Positions 1-13,236 of a stretch of 64,000 bases of DNA are shown in pieces; positions within the stretch are counted from its first letter, which is position 1, and every line of letters starts with the position of its first letter. The position numbers and the translations under genes are program-made. The stretch comes from Auanema rhodensis (lineage: Eukaryota > Animalia > Nematoda): NCBI GenBank assembly GCA_964057225.1, contig OZ059896.1, positions 16,988,001-17,052,000 on the forward strand, given 5' to 3'. Under the pieces are notes generated by a model. That model had not been told where the DNA came from and did no database searches. It worked only from the letters and a program-made list of their open reading frames with translations.

Positions 1-212
1 ATTTATTAAGAAAACCCCTTATTCTCACTGGATGACATGTATTGTGATTAGTGGGCTAAGATTGAAAAGAATGAGCAAATACAGGTTTTGCCAGGCTTCC
101 TACAGGGAATTACTGGGCGACTAACTGTTGCAATTTCGTGATCACCGTCATTTCTCATTAAAATATTTTGAAGAATATAGAAAGAAAAAATATTATGAAA
201 ATGCGATTTTAC

Positions 213-3200
213 CTGCGAATAGATACAGTTACAGGTCCAATTAATTTACTTTTAACAGAATAACTGCCTCTGTAATTCATTTCTTCGATAACGATAGAAG
301 CTGTTGCTCTGTAGTGAGGAGGAACCTGAATCAAATAAATGGTAAAAACTACATGAAAACAACTTTTAATAGGGGAAATATTAAAGCATACCTGGATATT
401 ACTGTCAACACCCCAGCTGAGAACTTCTGTTTGACAGTTCTCTGTCAGATTATTGAAGTGCATTTCATGCTTAAAGCCAGCTTTAAACTCAGCGATTTCA
501 CCTGAAAACATGAAAATTTATAATTAATCTTGTGATTTGAAGAAAGAACAAGTCATTTCTTTCAAACAATAGTAGATCTTTCTCTATATATACACAAATG
601 GATTGATTCTATGTTGCTTTTGCAAAAACCTATTAAAATTTCAATGGGAATTGAAGAAATTAAACACCAATTAGAAGAAATAATTCGAAATTGAGAGAAT
701 GAGAGTGGCCAAGTGAGCAACCTAATCCATTGGGATTAAAAGCTGAAGGTTTCAGAAGAGCAAAAGAAGCTGACTGAATACATAGTTTGAATAATAAATA
801 AGTGAATTGTGATAAATTAAATAATAAGTTATTATAAGTTATTAATAAAACATCATCAAAAACATATTTCTTCATTATTTTAAGAAAAAAGTTTAATAAA
901 GCAGAATTTTATTATGTACTGTCGAGTGTTGCTATCTCAATTTCTGATTTTTGAATATTAACGAACAAAAATATCAGATTGGATAGTTAAATATTCTAAC
1001 TTTAATTATGAAAATATAATAATTAATGATCAAATTATTATTTAAAATAAAACTAATGTTGTACTTACATGGAGTTTTTAAAGTTAATTCAGCTTCAGCT
1101 CCTATACTATAACCTTGCTCTCGGGCTACAGCACATAGGGATTCAGTTGTTCTTTCCGTTTTGAATGAATATTCTTGTTGACTGAAATAAGAAATATCAA
1201 TCTGAATTCAATAATAATTAATTAACTGACCGATCAGTGTTGTTAGTGTACACAGATTTGAACAACGTGTATGGCTTGGCTCCAGCCGGTAGCATAGTTT
1301 CATATTTGGGATCTTCATGAACAACAACCAGATGTTTACGATTCTGTAAAAAAAATATGTTGAGAGTTATAAGAAGGCCTTTCCCCCAAGGTTTGCTCTC
1401 AAATAAAGAACGAGACTTTTCTCTTAGCTTCTCATATGACAGAGATGAGATATTGAGTCTTAAGCTATCTTTGCCGTTTCTCTTTCCTGTGTAAGCAGGC
1501 TCAGATAATTACGGAAATGGCAGTTATTGTGGAAGTAGAACTCATTGGTGGCATTGCTAAGCCCTTTTAAAGCATGGATTCGGTCATTTTTCATGAAATT
1601 TCTTCAACAATGTATATTTCGTGGTATATATGCATACATATCAACCAGCCAGATAATCAGGGCAGCATTGTTGACACTTTAAAACGTGTTTCAACAAGCT
1701 AATTGATCCTCCGTTTTCGAACAGCATAGTTAAGACATTGAAACTATAATTAAGTGAAAATATAAGAATGTAAATATAAACTAGCTGTAAATTTTAGTAT
1801 TTCTTATTCGCTTTTTTTTGAAGAATAATATACGAATATTTATGTGAGGAGTAGCTGAGTAATGCTGACCCGTCTCCGGTTCTTATTCTTTCTCTCATTA
1901 TAGTTTATAAAACGCTTTATAAATTCTCATTCATCATTCATAATATCAATATTAATCATTCTTATTTAGTTTTAACCTAATCGTTTAACAAGATGTATAT
2001 TATACATCATTACTATTTCTCTCTATTTCTATCTATTTCTCTCTTCACTCGTGTTAGAAAATAAATTTTAAACTTGAAAATGTATCCTTTTATGGACTTC
2101 ATGGAAGAGAACAAGCTCGTTAGTCTCACTCAAACATATGACCAAAGTTGTAAAAAGAATACTAAAGAGAAAATGAGAGAAAAGGAAGAATTGAAAGAAG
2201 ACTATCACAATTCCCGAGAACTAAATCTCTCCCAGGAGGCTTTCCCTTTTCACATCTCTAACTGGCTTCTATCTATAACATCATTATTGCTCAATTTCTT
2301 TTCAAATACTATGACGACAAAGCAGAGTGAAATTCAACTTCTTATCGGGCTTGACCATCTTATCGACTTTAGTTAAATCAAAATTCAGAATGCTTACTGA
2401 ATTACGGATAAAACAACGATGCTACCTATCAGTATTGTTTTTTCCTGCTTTACGCTCCGACGGTTACACTAAACCGTTTTGAATCTATCCTCTTAACTCT
2501 TCTAATTTTCGACTTTTCTTCTTCAATGCCTTTCTCTTTCTTGTTTCCTCTTAACCCCTCTCTCTCTTTCTCTTCCCTATGTTTGACGATAATCTTCAAC
2601 TGATTAATCCTCTTTACGCCGACCATACTATTGAATAGGAAAGATTGGAGGACATACATAAGAATTTATACCAAACTCTTCTAGAAGTCATGTTTTTGTG
2701 TTTTGGCACCGCCTAGGTCTACAAGGTCATCGGTATTACCCCTAGTATCGTGGTCAACATCACAAAAAAAATCTCTGATCTCAAAGGCAGGATTTTAATG
2801 TTGAACCGAAAAAAAATAAACTGACTAAATTCAGTAAATCAGATGTATCATTGTTGAAGAGATGAGCGAAAAAAAATTTTTTTTAAAGATTATCACTGAG
2901 ATATGAGGCCGCTGCGGTTATTAAAAGAAACAAAACATCAATGTCCCTGAACTATATTTTCATTTTTTTCTTTCTTAATTTCTATTCGAAATTATTTGGA
3001 TTTTTCATAGAATGAATTATATTGACAAATTTAAAATTGAATTATTTGAATCTAATTAGTCGAGCAAAGCAAGTTTGAAAAGAAAATCAGGTGGTATTGG
3101 CTGTCGAAATTCACTTGAAGAGCACGACAAGCTGACAGCTGGCAAACAACACTTAGACTATTACATAATAGCAAACGATTGCCATGTCGAAGAAATAGAA

Positions 3201-3366
3201 TTAAGCTATGAAAATGAAGTTTTTAAAAACTTACAATATTGAATTCACAGTCATCACGATCTATGTTCTTAAAGTCAGCTAAGCGGGTTTTGCTCACAGA
3301 CTGCACATCCCTGAACTGTTTCCATGCATAATCCTCCAAAATTTGTTCTACATCAACATGATTCAT
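213..3366 (-). CDS. LIN-24-like aerolysin/ETX-MTX2-family beta-pore-forming protein (multi-exon; 3' end unresolved, probably beyond the left edge)
   Basis: Exons at about 3366-3235 (MNHVDVEQILEDYAWKQF..CEFNI), 1344-1231 (NRKHLVVVHEDPKY..LFKSVYTNNTD), 1181-1069 (QQEYSFKTERTTESLCAVAREQGYSIGAEAELTLKTPC), 502-392 (EIAEFKAGFKHEMHFNNLTENCQTEVLSWGVDSNIQ) and 326-213 (VPPHYRATASIVIEEMNYRGSY), with GT-AG ends. The YTNNT..QEYSF and SWGVDS..VPP motifs are typical of LIN-24/ETX-MTX2 proteins. Confidence 0.82.
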
Positions 3367-4975
3367 TTCTAGCTGCAATTTATAAAAGTTAAGTTAAAGA
3401 ATAGACAGGTACATATGGGATTGAAGTTATGAATGTCAATAAGAATTCAAAAAATGAGAAAAAACATTTTGTAACATCTAACTTTGAAGACAGAAATCTT
3501 TAATACCATACAACCTCAATTGATTGATCAGGTGAAAAAAAATTGGTGAGAACATTTTGTTTTCTAAGAAAATTCACACAGACAAGGATTGAAAACAAAT
3601 ATATCGAAATGAAAGACGTTGATGGTAGTAAAGAAAAATCTAAAGAAGCTATGTAAAGTCACATGAGTCATCTGAGCTCCTTTTTATAAAAAAATAAAAA
3701 TTAGCGATGAATCATTCGATCTTTCGTACAGATTCATTGAGGGTTCTAATGCGCGAAATTTCTTTCTGGTAGATAAGATCAAAACCTTCTCAGTGCTGTG
3801 TATCTGAGTGAAAAATCAAAACGATCTGGCAGACGGTTCATAGTTGTCACCTAACCGTCTATTTCCATTGCCTAATATATCAATTTTCAAAACCACCGTC
3901 GATCTAATTCATCCGGACGGATTTTAATTTGTGAGAAAAATCTCAATAGAACATCTCGAAAACCATTGAATTTTTGCATAAATTTTCAAGAATGGGAAAA
4001 GAAACTGATAGAAAAGCAAAGGCAGAAGTGTAAAAATCTAATCAATGGTGTTGCACAAATGACTAGCTGACGAACGTTATATGAACATTAAAGCTGATAA
4101 GATATGATTGCTTAGTAGAAGTATAAAAACTAAATAAAGAAGCTATAGAAGAATATTAAGGAATATCCTTAGAATTTGGAGTCTAGGCAACGGAGAGATG
4201 CAAGGAGGGAAGGAAGGCCAGTAACTCCGCTCCACCCCTCCCACTATTCACCCGCCGTAGGCGGAGCCATGGACTTAGAAGAGAAATCAATGGTTTCTCA
4301 ATCTTTTAGAAAAGCTAATAACGCTATTAAATATATGAAATCGCTCTTAGTTTTAGTTTGTTAGTTTGTACACTGATAGATATTGCTCATATGCATCAGT
4401 CGTTATCTGTCTTATCTATTATTATGTCATCATCATCGCAATAGTATTCATACCGAATACAAAAAGAAAAAAACCTATGAGCAATCAAACATACTTCTGT
4501 TGTTTTGTTTTTTTTTCTAAAATTACTTAAACATTCCCTAGAAATTCATTTTTTCTAAACATTATAGACAGACAATCTAACAACCTGCTAATTCATTGAA
4601 TGTCAGAATATGAGGATGTGAACACAGGACCTTTTTGTAGCAAATCTACTACGACTGTGTTATATGAGTGTTTTATAACAAAAATAATCAAATAACTTGA
4701 AATAAGCTTTACTTTCGATGAATAGTACAAAAGAGTACAAAGAAAACTAAACTATTACATCTCATTAATATTAATAAAAATATCTACAAGTTAAGTTATT
4801 TCTTCAGGTCAAACAATTAAATAAAACGAATTTTGGCATTTTTTTTCTCACAATTAAGTAGGTGGTTGGCTATCTTTGATTAAGAAACTAAACGACAGAT
4901 ACTAACCAGACAACTGCGATCACAAATCGAAAGAGCTCTTAATGACATAACCTATATTATTTTATGGCAAGAAAT

Positions 4976-6761
4976 TTAGGAATTAACAGAATCTTCGTTG
5001 ACGTCTTCAGCGGTGGGAGCAGGAGTTTTCTCTTTTTCGGGAGTAGGACAGTCGTCATAAGGTCTTTCATCGAGCAGTTGAGCGACACAACGGGGGAAAT
5101 ATCCTTTATTTTTCTCAGCTCCCTTCTTATGTCCATAGAACCAATGTTTCTGACCACGAGTAATAATCCATTTTTCATCCCTATTGACCTAATATAAAAA
5201 TTATACAAGAAAAAATTAAAATGTGTTAGACTTTCACACGAGGATCTTCACTCCATGGTTGGCAGAAAAAGACTTTGAAGCCGAACTTGCAAGCTCCGAA
5301 AATTCCACCTTTGAAGTCATCTGACAAAAACTGTTCAATTGTTTCAATTAATATTAAATAAAACCTGTGATGAGAACTACACGAGCATTGTTACGCTTAA
5401 TCTCCTTCTGTCTCAACTGCTCACTCTAAAATATTAACAGAGATTTAGAGAAGTTGGAGGAATGATAGGTTACTGTTAACGTATATTGATCGCATCCTTT
5501 AACTATTGGCCACCAAATTCCATTTCCGATAGTGCTACACAATATATTTTAAGTCGGATTAGTTCAACGTAGAAACATACTTTCCGGACCATGTTCCGAG
5601 AACTTCACGAATGTTTCGCTTATATCCGATATCATATGGATAAACCCATTTAACAGGTACTTCCTCTTCGTCTTCAACATCTCTTCTGGCAATAGCTTTG
5701 CCATCTAAAATTCAAAAATTATATTAATTGGTGGAAATTTTCTAACCAATATATTCTTCTATTCCTGTTCTATTTTTTAAAATATATTTAATTTGCATAT
5801 ATAAAAGTATACTAAGTCCAATGGAAACTCCACAAGCAAAACCAAATGCTCCAATAAGAGCGATAATTGACCAAATATTCATCTCAATTAGAGGTTCACT
5901 TCCATCACCATACCTAACATAGTAACCCTGAAAGAAGATACAAATCTTTCATCACAAGCGGGACAGATTCCGGACAATGTTCATCGCATGATAAAATGAA
6001 ATGCAGTGAATAACAGCAGAATGTGCACATCCTGTTATAGCACCCGTTAGAAATCTGACGAACCATGCTTGATTTCTATGACCAACGCAATTATTTATCC
6101 ATGCTGCAAACATATTTTAATTGCGCTATAAACGGTGAGTAGACTTACGACAATGGTGATCCATTTTCAGAGAGCAGCGTTTACATTTGGAGCAATGGTG
6201 TGATCTGGGAGCTTTGAAACCTTTACAAGGTGAACAATATTGGAGTCGAGCCTTGTCTTCGGGCTAAAAAGCTAAGATAATATTCAAAACTATAAGGTAT
6301 TCACCTGTGGAGGTACCCAACCTAAAGGTACTCTTCCAGCTCCATTGCTGGAAGCATTTATCATATTTACAACGGTTACATAGTTCCAAAACATATAAAT
6401 ACCAAAATGTATGAAACCAGAAATTGTATCCAATGGCCACCACATCATTAGGAAATGAGTAGTAGTACCGCTAATCTAAAGACGCACAATAAAAAAACAA
6501 CGATATTAAATAATAATTTACAAAAGCTACTATTGAAACAGCAATCATGGGACCCCAGTGAATTAGACGGCCAGGATCCACATCTTCAGCAAAACCTTTG
6601 ACAACATCTGCAGATGGCCAATCAGGAGCTTCCACTATATATTCCTCTGTATTAATAAAAACTAGGTTTTTAAAATTCTTAACGAAATCCGTACCTTTAT
6701 CAACTAAAGGTTTCTTATCATCTATGCCTGAAGTTGCTCTATCTTCTGATTTAATTCCCAT
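4976..6761 (-). CDS. dhhc-6: Palmitoyltransferase ZDHHC6 (DHHC plus C-terminal SH3-like domain)
   Basis: RLIHWGPMIA N-terminus; [75 protein letters not shown]; SH3-like KHWFYG..KGYFPRCV. TTTTTCTTAG acceptor 1 nt before the ATG. Confidence 0.93.
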
Positions 6762-6996
6762 TCTAAGAAAAACCGTGGTGTCCTTACCGATTACTCAAGA
6801 AATAATAAATGATTAAATTACATGATCCGAAAAAACAGGTAGTAGCTTTATCGAGCTTTATTATATGCGAACGTGAAGCAAGATTATGATTAACGAAAAT
6901 CACAAATAACAATGAGATATATTTAAGAGTACACAACAAATTCCTTCGAAGAATCAATGAAAATCTTGAACAGTTTGTGAAATAATCCTTAATAAA

Positions 6997-7886
6997 TTAA
7001 TTCTTGGGCTTATTCATATAAGCGTCAAGTTCAGCATCAAGCTCAGCTTCTGTCTTCTTTTGCTTTCCTTCACCTGTTCGCCGTCCTCCAGTATTTCCTC
7101 CTCTCGGTCTGTTTCCTCCTCCTCTTCTACGGTTTCCTCCTGAAACATCATTGGTAACCAAGGCAGCACCAGCATACGAAATCACCATTTCCACCGAACC
7201 CATCTCTCTTTTGAACTCCACGAGATCTATTTGTGAAATCAAGTCTACTTCCTAAGTCCTGAGTACCGTCAACGAGAAACATTTTCATAATCTTGAAAAA
7301 AAGCTTTAAGAAAAAGTTAATTAAATAATAAAAACATTTCCATCCAAAGCTACACCAGTAAAATCCTTGATGGCTCTTTGTGCATCCCTTTTTCTGAGGT
7401 AGACATCGCCTGTTCCACAGGATTGCCCTAGAAGAAAGTTGTAATAATTTACAAGAAATCACTGAGATACCTAATTCGTCATAGTAAACTGTAGCAGTTT
7501 CAACATTATATTTACCAAATAACTGTTCTAAATCCAAAGACACAACAGAAGGAGCAAGGTTAGTAATATTCACACGAACTACTTTATTCGAGTTGCCTAA
7601 AACAAGAGCATTAGATATCCCAGCAGTGTTGCTACTTACCACCGCTAATCAAGGCACCTTTTGCAGCATCATGGTCGACAAATCGTCTTTGTGGTCTTCT
7701 GTTATTTTGATTATTCTGTCTACCAGGACCTCCACCGCCACTTCTTCGCATACCATTCCCTCTTCCTAAAATATTACATTTAAAATTTTAATATAATGTA
7801 GAGTTGAACTTACGGTTTCCCCCTCCATTTTTTTGTTTCTTTTGAAGAGCGATAATTTCATCAAGAGATAACTCAACAGCAGCCAT
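6997..7886 (-). CDS. aly: ALY/REF (THOC4) mRNA export adaptor
   Basis: N-terminal REF box SLDEII, RGG-rich linkers, RRM (VRVNITNLAPSV..ATVYYDE..FTGVALDG), C-terminal REF box KKTEAELDAELDAYM. Short introns join the apparent frames. Confidence 0.92.
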
Positions 7887-8679
7887 TGAAAACGCAGACT
7901 TAAATTAAAAAAAGAATTATCAAAGAAGACATTAAAACATTTAGAACGATGAGAGCAGAAGAACAGAAGAAGAAACTTAAGAAGATGCCAAAAACCAAGC
8001 CAAGCGCAGAATTATGCCGTCGCAAAGAAAATTGAATATTCGAAAGCCTAATTGCGTATATGATTAATAAAGGAAACAAGAAAATAATATATTCATTAAG
8101 TTTTAAACAAGACAAGAACAATATTATTTTTTAGCAATAAACAAAAACAAAATGAAATTCTAAAATTGAAACAAAAATTATGCAATTTCAACAATAAACA
8201 AAAATATAATTATAGAAGACTTTTCCGTTAATATAACTATATTTCACATAGAACTGAAATATTAATTATTTAAAATATTTCATGCACTCGTTTACTGAAG
8301 TGGTCATTCAAAAATATCAATTACTAGAAAAATAAGAGGGGTGAGATTTCGAATTTGTGTGCATGGCGTTGTTTTATTCAAGGCGGCATGTACAAAATAG
8401 AACATAGATAGCATCGCAATTTTGAATTCTAATATTTCACAAGAATATTCCGATATTCCAAAACTAATAGTTAATAGTAGTAAATTTATTATTTTTCTGT
8501 TATTTTACGTAATGCCTATTACCGTATAATATACATCCCTCCTGGAAGTATATAAATTATATTTCGCATCCTTCTCGTATCGATTCATGATTGTGCTGTT
8601 TTAGCATCCGCAATTAACTGCTAACCCGTTCTTTCTTGGTTATTATTAATATTATGCAATAAGTACTAACAGCTTTATC
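7887..8679. promoter_or_regulatory. Divergent (probably bidirectional) promoter region between ALY and E(z)
   Basis: Head-to-head start codons about 800 bp apart with no intervening ORF of note. Confidence 0.45.
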
Positions 8680-11600
8680 ATGGCTTCAAGATCTGGACGT
8701 GTAAGTATATCAGATTTACTATAAAACGGGCATTTCTTTTCTGCAGGCCGTTCGAAAATCTAGACAAGTTCATGACTATTCGGAAGACAGTTTTCAGGAA
8801 CCCAATGAGGTTCAAAACACTATTTTGAATTTTACCTTGGGAATTGATTACAGGAACCATCACCTACTCCATCCTCATCAAGATCAACATCTAATGCTAA
8901 CTCTGCCAACTCCAAAGCGCGCCGAGTAAAACGTACTAAACGCGGCCCAGCTAAAAAGGTTTCGTTTTTACATTTTTGTGCGTTTAAATCTATTTTTTCA
9001 GAAAGGTAAAAATGTTCCTGAGTCAGAGGCTAGCGATGATGAACAAAAAAAGTCGAAAAAAAGAAGAAGAGAACAGCAACTTCTTCTACAACATGAGCAG
9101 GACAAGCTGCTACTTCCGTACAAAATTTACATGAGCACTGACTCTTCTGATTCTTCCGAATCTTCTGAAGTATGTTATGTTTAGTGCAACTTATTGACCG
9201 GTATTGTTTACTTAGGACGAAAAATGTGATTATGACGTCTTATTGGAAGCCAAGAAATTAGTAATGGAGTCGTATACGCCGTTGTTTGTCAATCATGTTG
9301 AAACAATGAGAGCTTTCTTCAAAGTAACCAAATGAAAACGCTTAAATCATCTAATGTAATAAATTACAGGATAAGTTTCAACGTAATTTGGATAGTTGCA
9401 TGCCCGTTATGTATAAAACATTTGACGGATCTGAACCTGTGTGTGCAGATTTGAGACCATTACCACTTAAGCAAGGCTATGATGTTTCTATGGTGAGTAA
9501 ACATCACATTTTCTTAATTGATTGTATTCTTTTATAGATAAGAAATAAGAAACTTACTCGTATGTTTCCTTGTGTGGTCAAGACAATTCCTGCTGCAGTT
9601 CCACTTCCTCGAATGCGATATTTTGTTCATATCGAAAGAAATATAAAGGCAAGTGTGGTTAGAAATTGAAAACTTCACATTGTATTTTTAGACTGAAGAT
9701 AACTTGAGATTATCTCACATTCCATATGTAGCCGATGATCATGACTCCGAGACGTTCTGTGCTGAGCTGAAAAAGGCTTATCCTGAGGCATGTTGATATT
9801 ATTTTTTCTCCCTGAAATAATGATTTCAGGGTATTCATGGCTCTCGTCGTGGATGGGGTATACCTATTTCCGACAACTTGCTATACAAGCTTCTTAAAAT
9901 CACTACACCGAAATGGGAAGCAACAAACCATCGTAAGATTATTTGTTTTGAAGCTTAATCAACTATTTTGTTAGCTATGGAGTATCTTTACAAGGCTATT
10001 TTCAAACTGTTCCCTAATAAACTCACTCCACGTCAGTTGGAAACTGCGTTAGTACTACAATCAAGAAAATAATTAACATAAATTTGTTTAAAGGTTCACT
10101 ACTCTGGATTTGAGGTTTAATGGACCAGAAGCCTACGTTAAATATAAGAAAAAGCAGCAAAAGGTTTGTCTGAAGCCATTTACTCTTACTTTTATACGTT
10201 CGATAAGTTAAGGATGATGTATATCACTCCATAGCTGCCATGTTCTGCATAAAGTGCAAAGAGTTTCATTGTTTATTGCATGGTATGTGACTCGTCGTTG
10301 TTGGTATACACTATTACTTGTTCAGGAATGTCTGCTGAGGATTTCAGAATGCATCGTGAATTACCTGAGAGCAGTGACGATGAATATTCTGAACCTTGTG
10401 GGCCGAATTGTTATTTGAAAATGCCTGAAGTACAAGTAAGTATTTGAATATGGTTTTAATTTTATATGTGCATAATTTTTAGGATTCGTTTAGATCAGTT
10501 GATGAAGAAAATCCAGATAAGCCTCGAATTCCTATTAGGCTGACATTAGAAGTACCACCATTTGAACCACCTGTTGACAACCTTTTTAAAAAAATGGTAA
10601 ATAACAACAGGTAAACCAAAGTTTACATAGAAGTAAATTTATTTAAATTCTCTAGAAACACTGTTTGTCAAATGCAAGCTATGATGGAAATTATTGCTCC
10701 AGATCAACCTCGTACATGCAAAGAGGTAAGTATATAGGAATGTATTTTTTTCTTACCCAATTTTTTCCGATATTCCACATGATTCAAGTAGTTAAACCGA
10801 GTCTGCGTGAGCGAAGCCCTGATGACATTTTAAAGCGAAAAATGTTAGTATGCTTTTCACCCAATTTTGCTCTCAATTCGTTTCAGTTCTGTTCGTGATC
10901 AACAAACTATGTTTAGAACTTTCACTTGGGTGAATGGGAGAGGCCAAGTAACTTATTTCCTATTTCTTTATTAATTTTAGGTTACAGGTAGATAATAGCG
11001 TACAGCCTGTACCATGTAAGCATGAAGGACCTTGTCGACCCAGAACAGATTGCTGCTGTGGTCAAAATAATACACTTTGTACTAAATACTGCTCCTGTGG
11101 ACCAGATTGTCGTATGCGATTCCCTGGATGTAGATGCCAACCAGGTTTTGATATCTTATATACGAAGGTATTTTAATTTTTGGTTTAGGCCAATGCAGAT
11201 CCAAACAATGCCAATGTTTTTTTGCCAAATGGGAATGCGATCCCCATCTATGTGAATCTTGCAACTGTGGTATTTTTATTATTATTTTATAATTTAAAAC
11301 AAACATACACAGGTGGTCGATCTTTTAATTCTGCTGTCCCACTCACTTTGGCTGACTTGACAGATAGTAGTGATGAAGATGGTGACAAAAAAAATGGGGA
11401 TGGCAACGGAGATGATAATGACGATGATGATGGTAACGACGAACGTTCTAAGCGTAAGAGGCTACGAGCATTAATTCATCTGGATGAAAGGGATCAACCA
11501 ACTTGCTCGAAATACTTATCAAAGCAGGATGGAAAAGAATTTTTCTCTTCTGCCATGTCAACGGATGGTGACAATGAAGACGATGATCAAGAAGAGATAG

Positions 11601-12543
11601 TTAGTATTGACGACGATGCTGTAGTTACAGCTCTTATGGAGCAAATATACGGACGATCTACAAGTTTGTGAAAATGTTTTAATTATTTCACATAAATGTA
11701 TCTATTCAGACGACGATTCGGATGACACAGACAATGATTCAGAGAGGAACAGAAAATCGCGCAGAGGTATGCTAATCATATTTCTAATAAATTCAAAACG
11801 ATTTATTTAAAGCTAGAAAAATTAAAAAAGCTAAAAGAAGGAGTTTAAAAAAAGGTGATAAAGGTTCTGATGAGGAAGATGTTGAGTTTGAAATAACCGA
11901 TGTAAGCCCTTACGGTATGTTTTGTTATCTCACTTCTTGTTCTTGATCTCCAAGTTTTCAGAATCTGATGAAGAACAATGTTCCAATGCTAACATTCAAC
12001 TTGGAAACTACAAGCGATTACGTGTATGTGGATTTCATAGTGTTGTAAATAAATTTATCTCACTTTAGATAGGTGTATCATCTGTGTCAGGCTTCGGATG
12101 CTTTATTTCCGAATCTGCTGCCCCTGGCGATTTTATTGCTGAATATACCGGAGAAGTTATATCACGTTGGGAGGCTGAGAGACGTGGAAGAATCTATGAT
12201 GAATTCAAATGTAGTTTCATATTCTGTAAGAATCCCTTCTCATTTCTAGTATCACGTATTTCGCTTTAAGCTTTGAATAAGGAACAATCTGTAGATGCAA
12301 CTCGCATTGGAAATCGTATTAGATTTGCTAATCATTCTGATCAAGGGTGTAACTGCTATTCTCAGGTAATCGAAATTCTTCTTATTAATATGTATAAGGT
12401 TTCAGATTATTCTTGTTAATGGAGAACATCGCATCGGAATATTTGCTAAACGTTCTATAAGGCCTGGCGAAGAACTATTTTTCGACTATCAGTACAACAA
12501 AAAATGGAAAGAAAAATACGTTCCTGTCGCTGTAGCCGAGTAA
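8680..12543 (+). CDS. mes-2: Histone H3K27 methyltransferase E(z)/EZH2/MES-2 (PRC2 catalytic subunit)
   Basis: NIKTEDNLRLSHIPY, YPEGIHG, CXC domain (PCKHEGPC..CTKYCSCGPDCRMRFPGCRC..CQCFFAKWECDPHLC) and SET domain (GFGCF..FIAEYTGEVIS..EAERRGRIYD..DATRIGNRIRFANHS..VNGEHRIGIFAKR..GEELFFDY). Many small exons; start codon inferred. Confidence 0.93.
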
Positions 12544-13236
12544 TGAATTACTCGTCAAAACAGTCAAATCTTCAGTATTCTCTTCTTACCACCCACATTT
12601 ATTTCTTCTTTCAAATGTATCAACCACATATTCCGCTCTGTGAACGTATCAAAAACAAACAAGTTATATCACTTCCGATGATCTTGTATTATTTTATTTT
12701 ATAGTTGCCTAACATTGTATGCTATTTCTATTTCTTATCCTTGCAATATTTTGGTTTATGCTATGTTTTTCCTTTGTATTTTGAATATGATATGTTTCCA
12801 TGCACCTTTTAGCGTTCAACTTTTAAATATTTTGATCTCTTTTATAATTTTGTAATGGCATTTTCATAATTTAGTTTAACTTTTTGATAAATCTTTCTAT
12901 TCTTAAACAGCGAATACCATGTGTTATGCCATGTGACAAGGAACTTCTTTCCGCTACATTCTAGCCCGCGTGTATCAGAATCAAAAGAAAAAAGTTGTAA
13001 TGTTCCACGCTCAATGTCCAAAGGTGACAAGGATAGGTCTGAGAAATGAAATAGTTCTAATGCCCTTAAGGTTTTATTAGCCTATTAACTAATTTATAGA
13101 CTTAAAAGATAAACACAGACGTTCATACTAAAACTACAATCTGCCATGCGTTATGATCTCTTTCTTCTATTTTCTTATATATTTATGAAAATTTATAAAA
13201 GAGGAAAATTATTGTTTTCTCCTTTCCAGCACAATT

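Noticed and set aside
48-155. Possible next LIN-24-like exon (RNDGDHEIATV..)
   Set aside because: Needs a weak GAG acceptor, and the translation after RNDG lacks the expected family pattern; the true exon is probably off-window.
2074-2659. ORFs in the long LIN-24-like intron as a transposon remnant or nested gene
   Set aside because: No transposase or reverse-transcriptase motifs, terminal repeats or coherent splice structure seen.
7148-7642. Apparent frameshifts in the ALY gene
   Set aside because: Resolved by short introns (e.g. GTAAGT near 7638 to TTTTAG near 7597).
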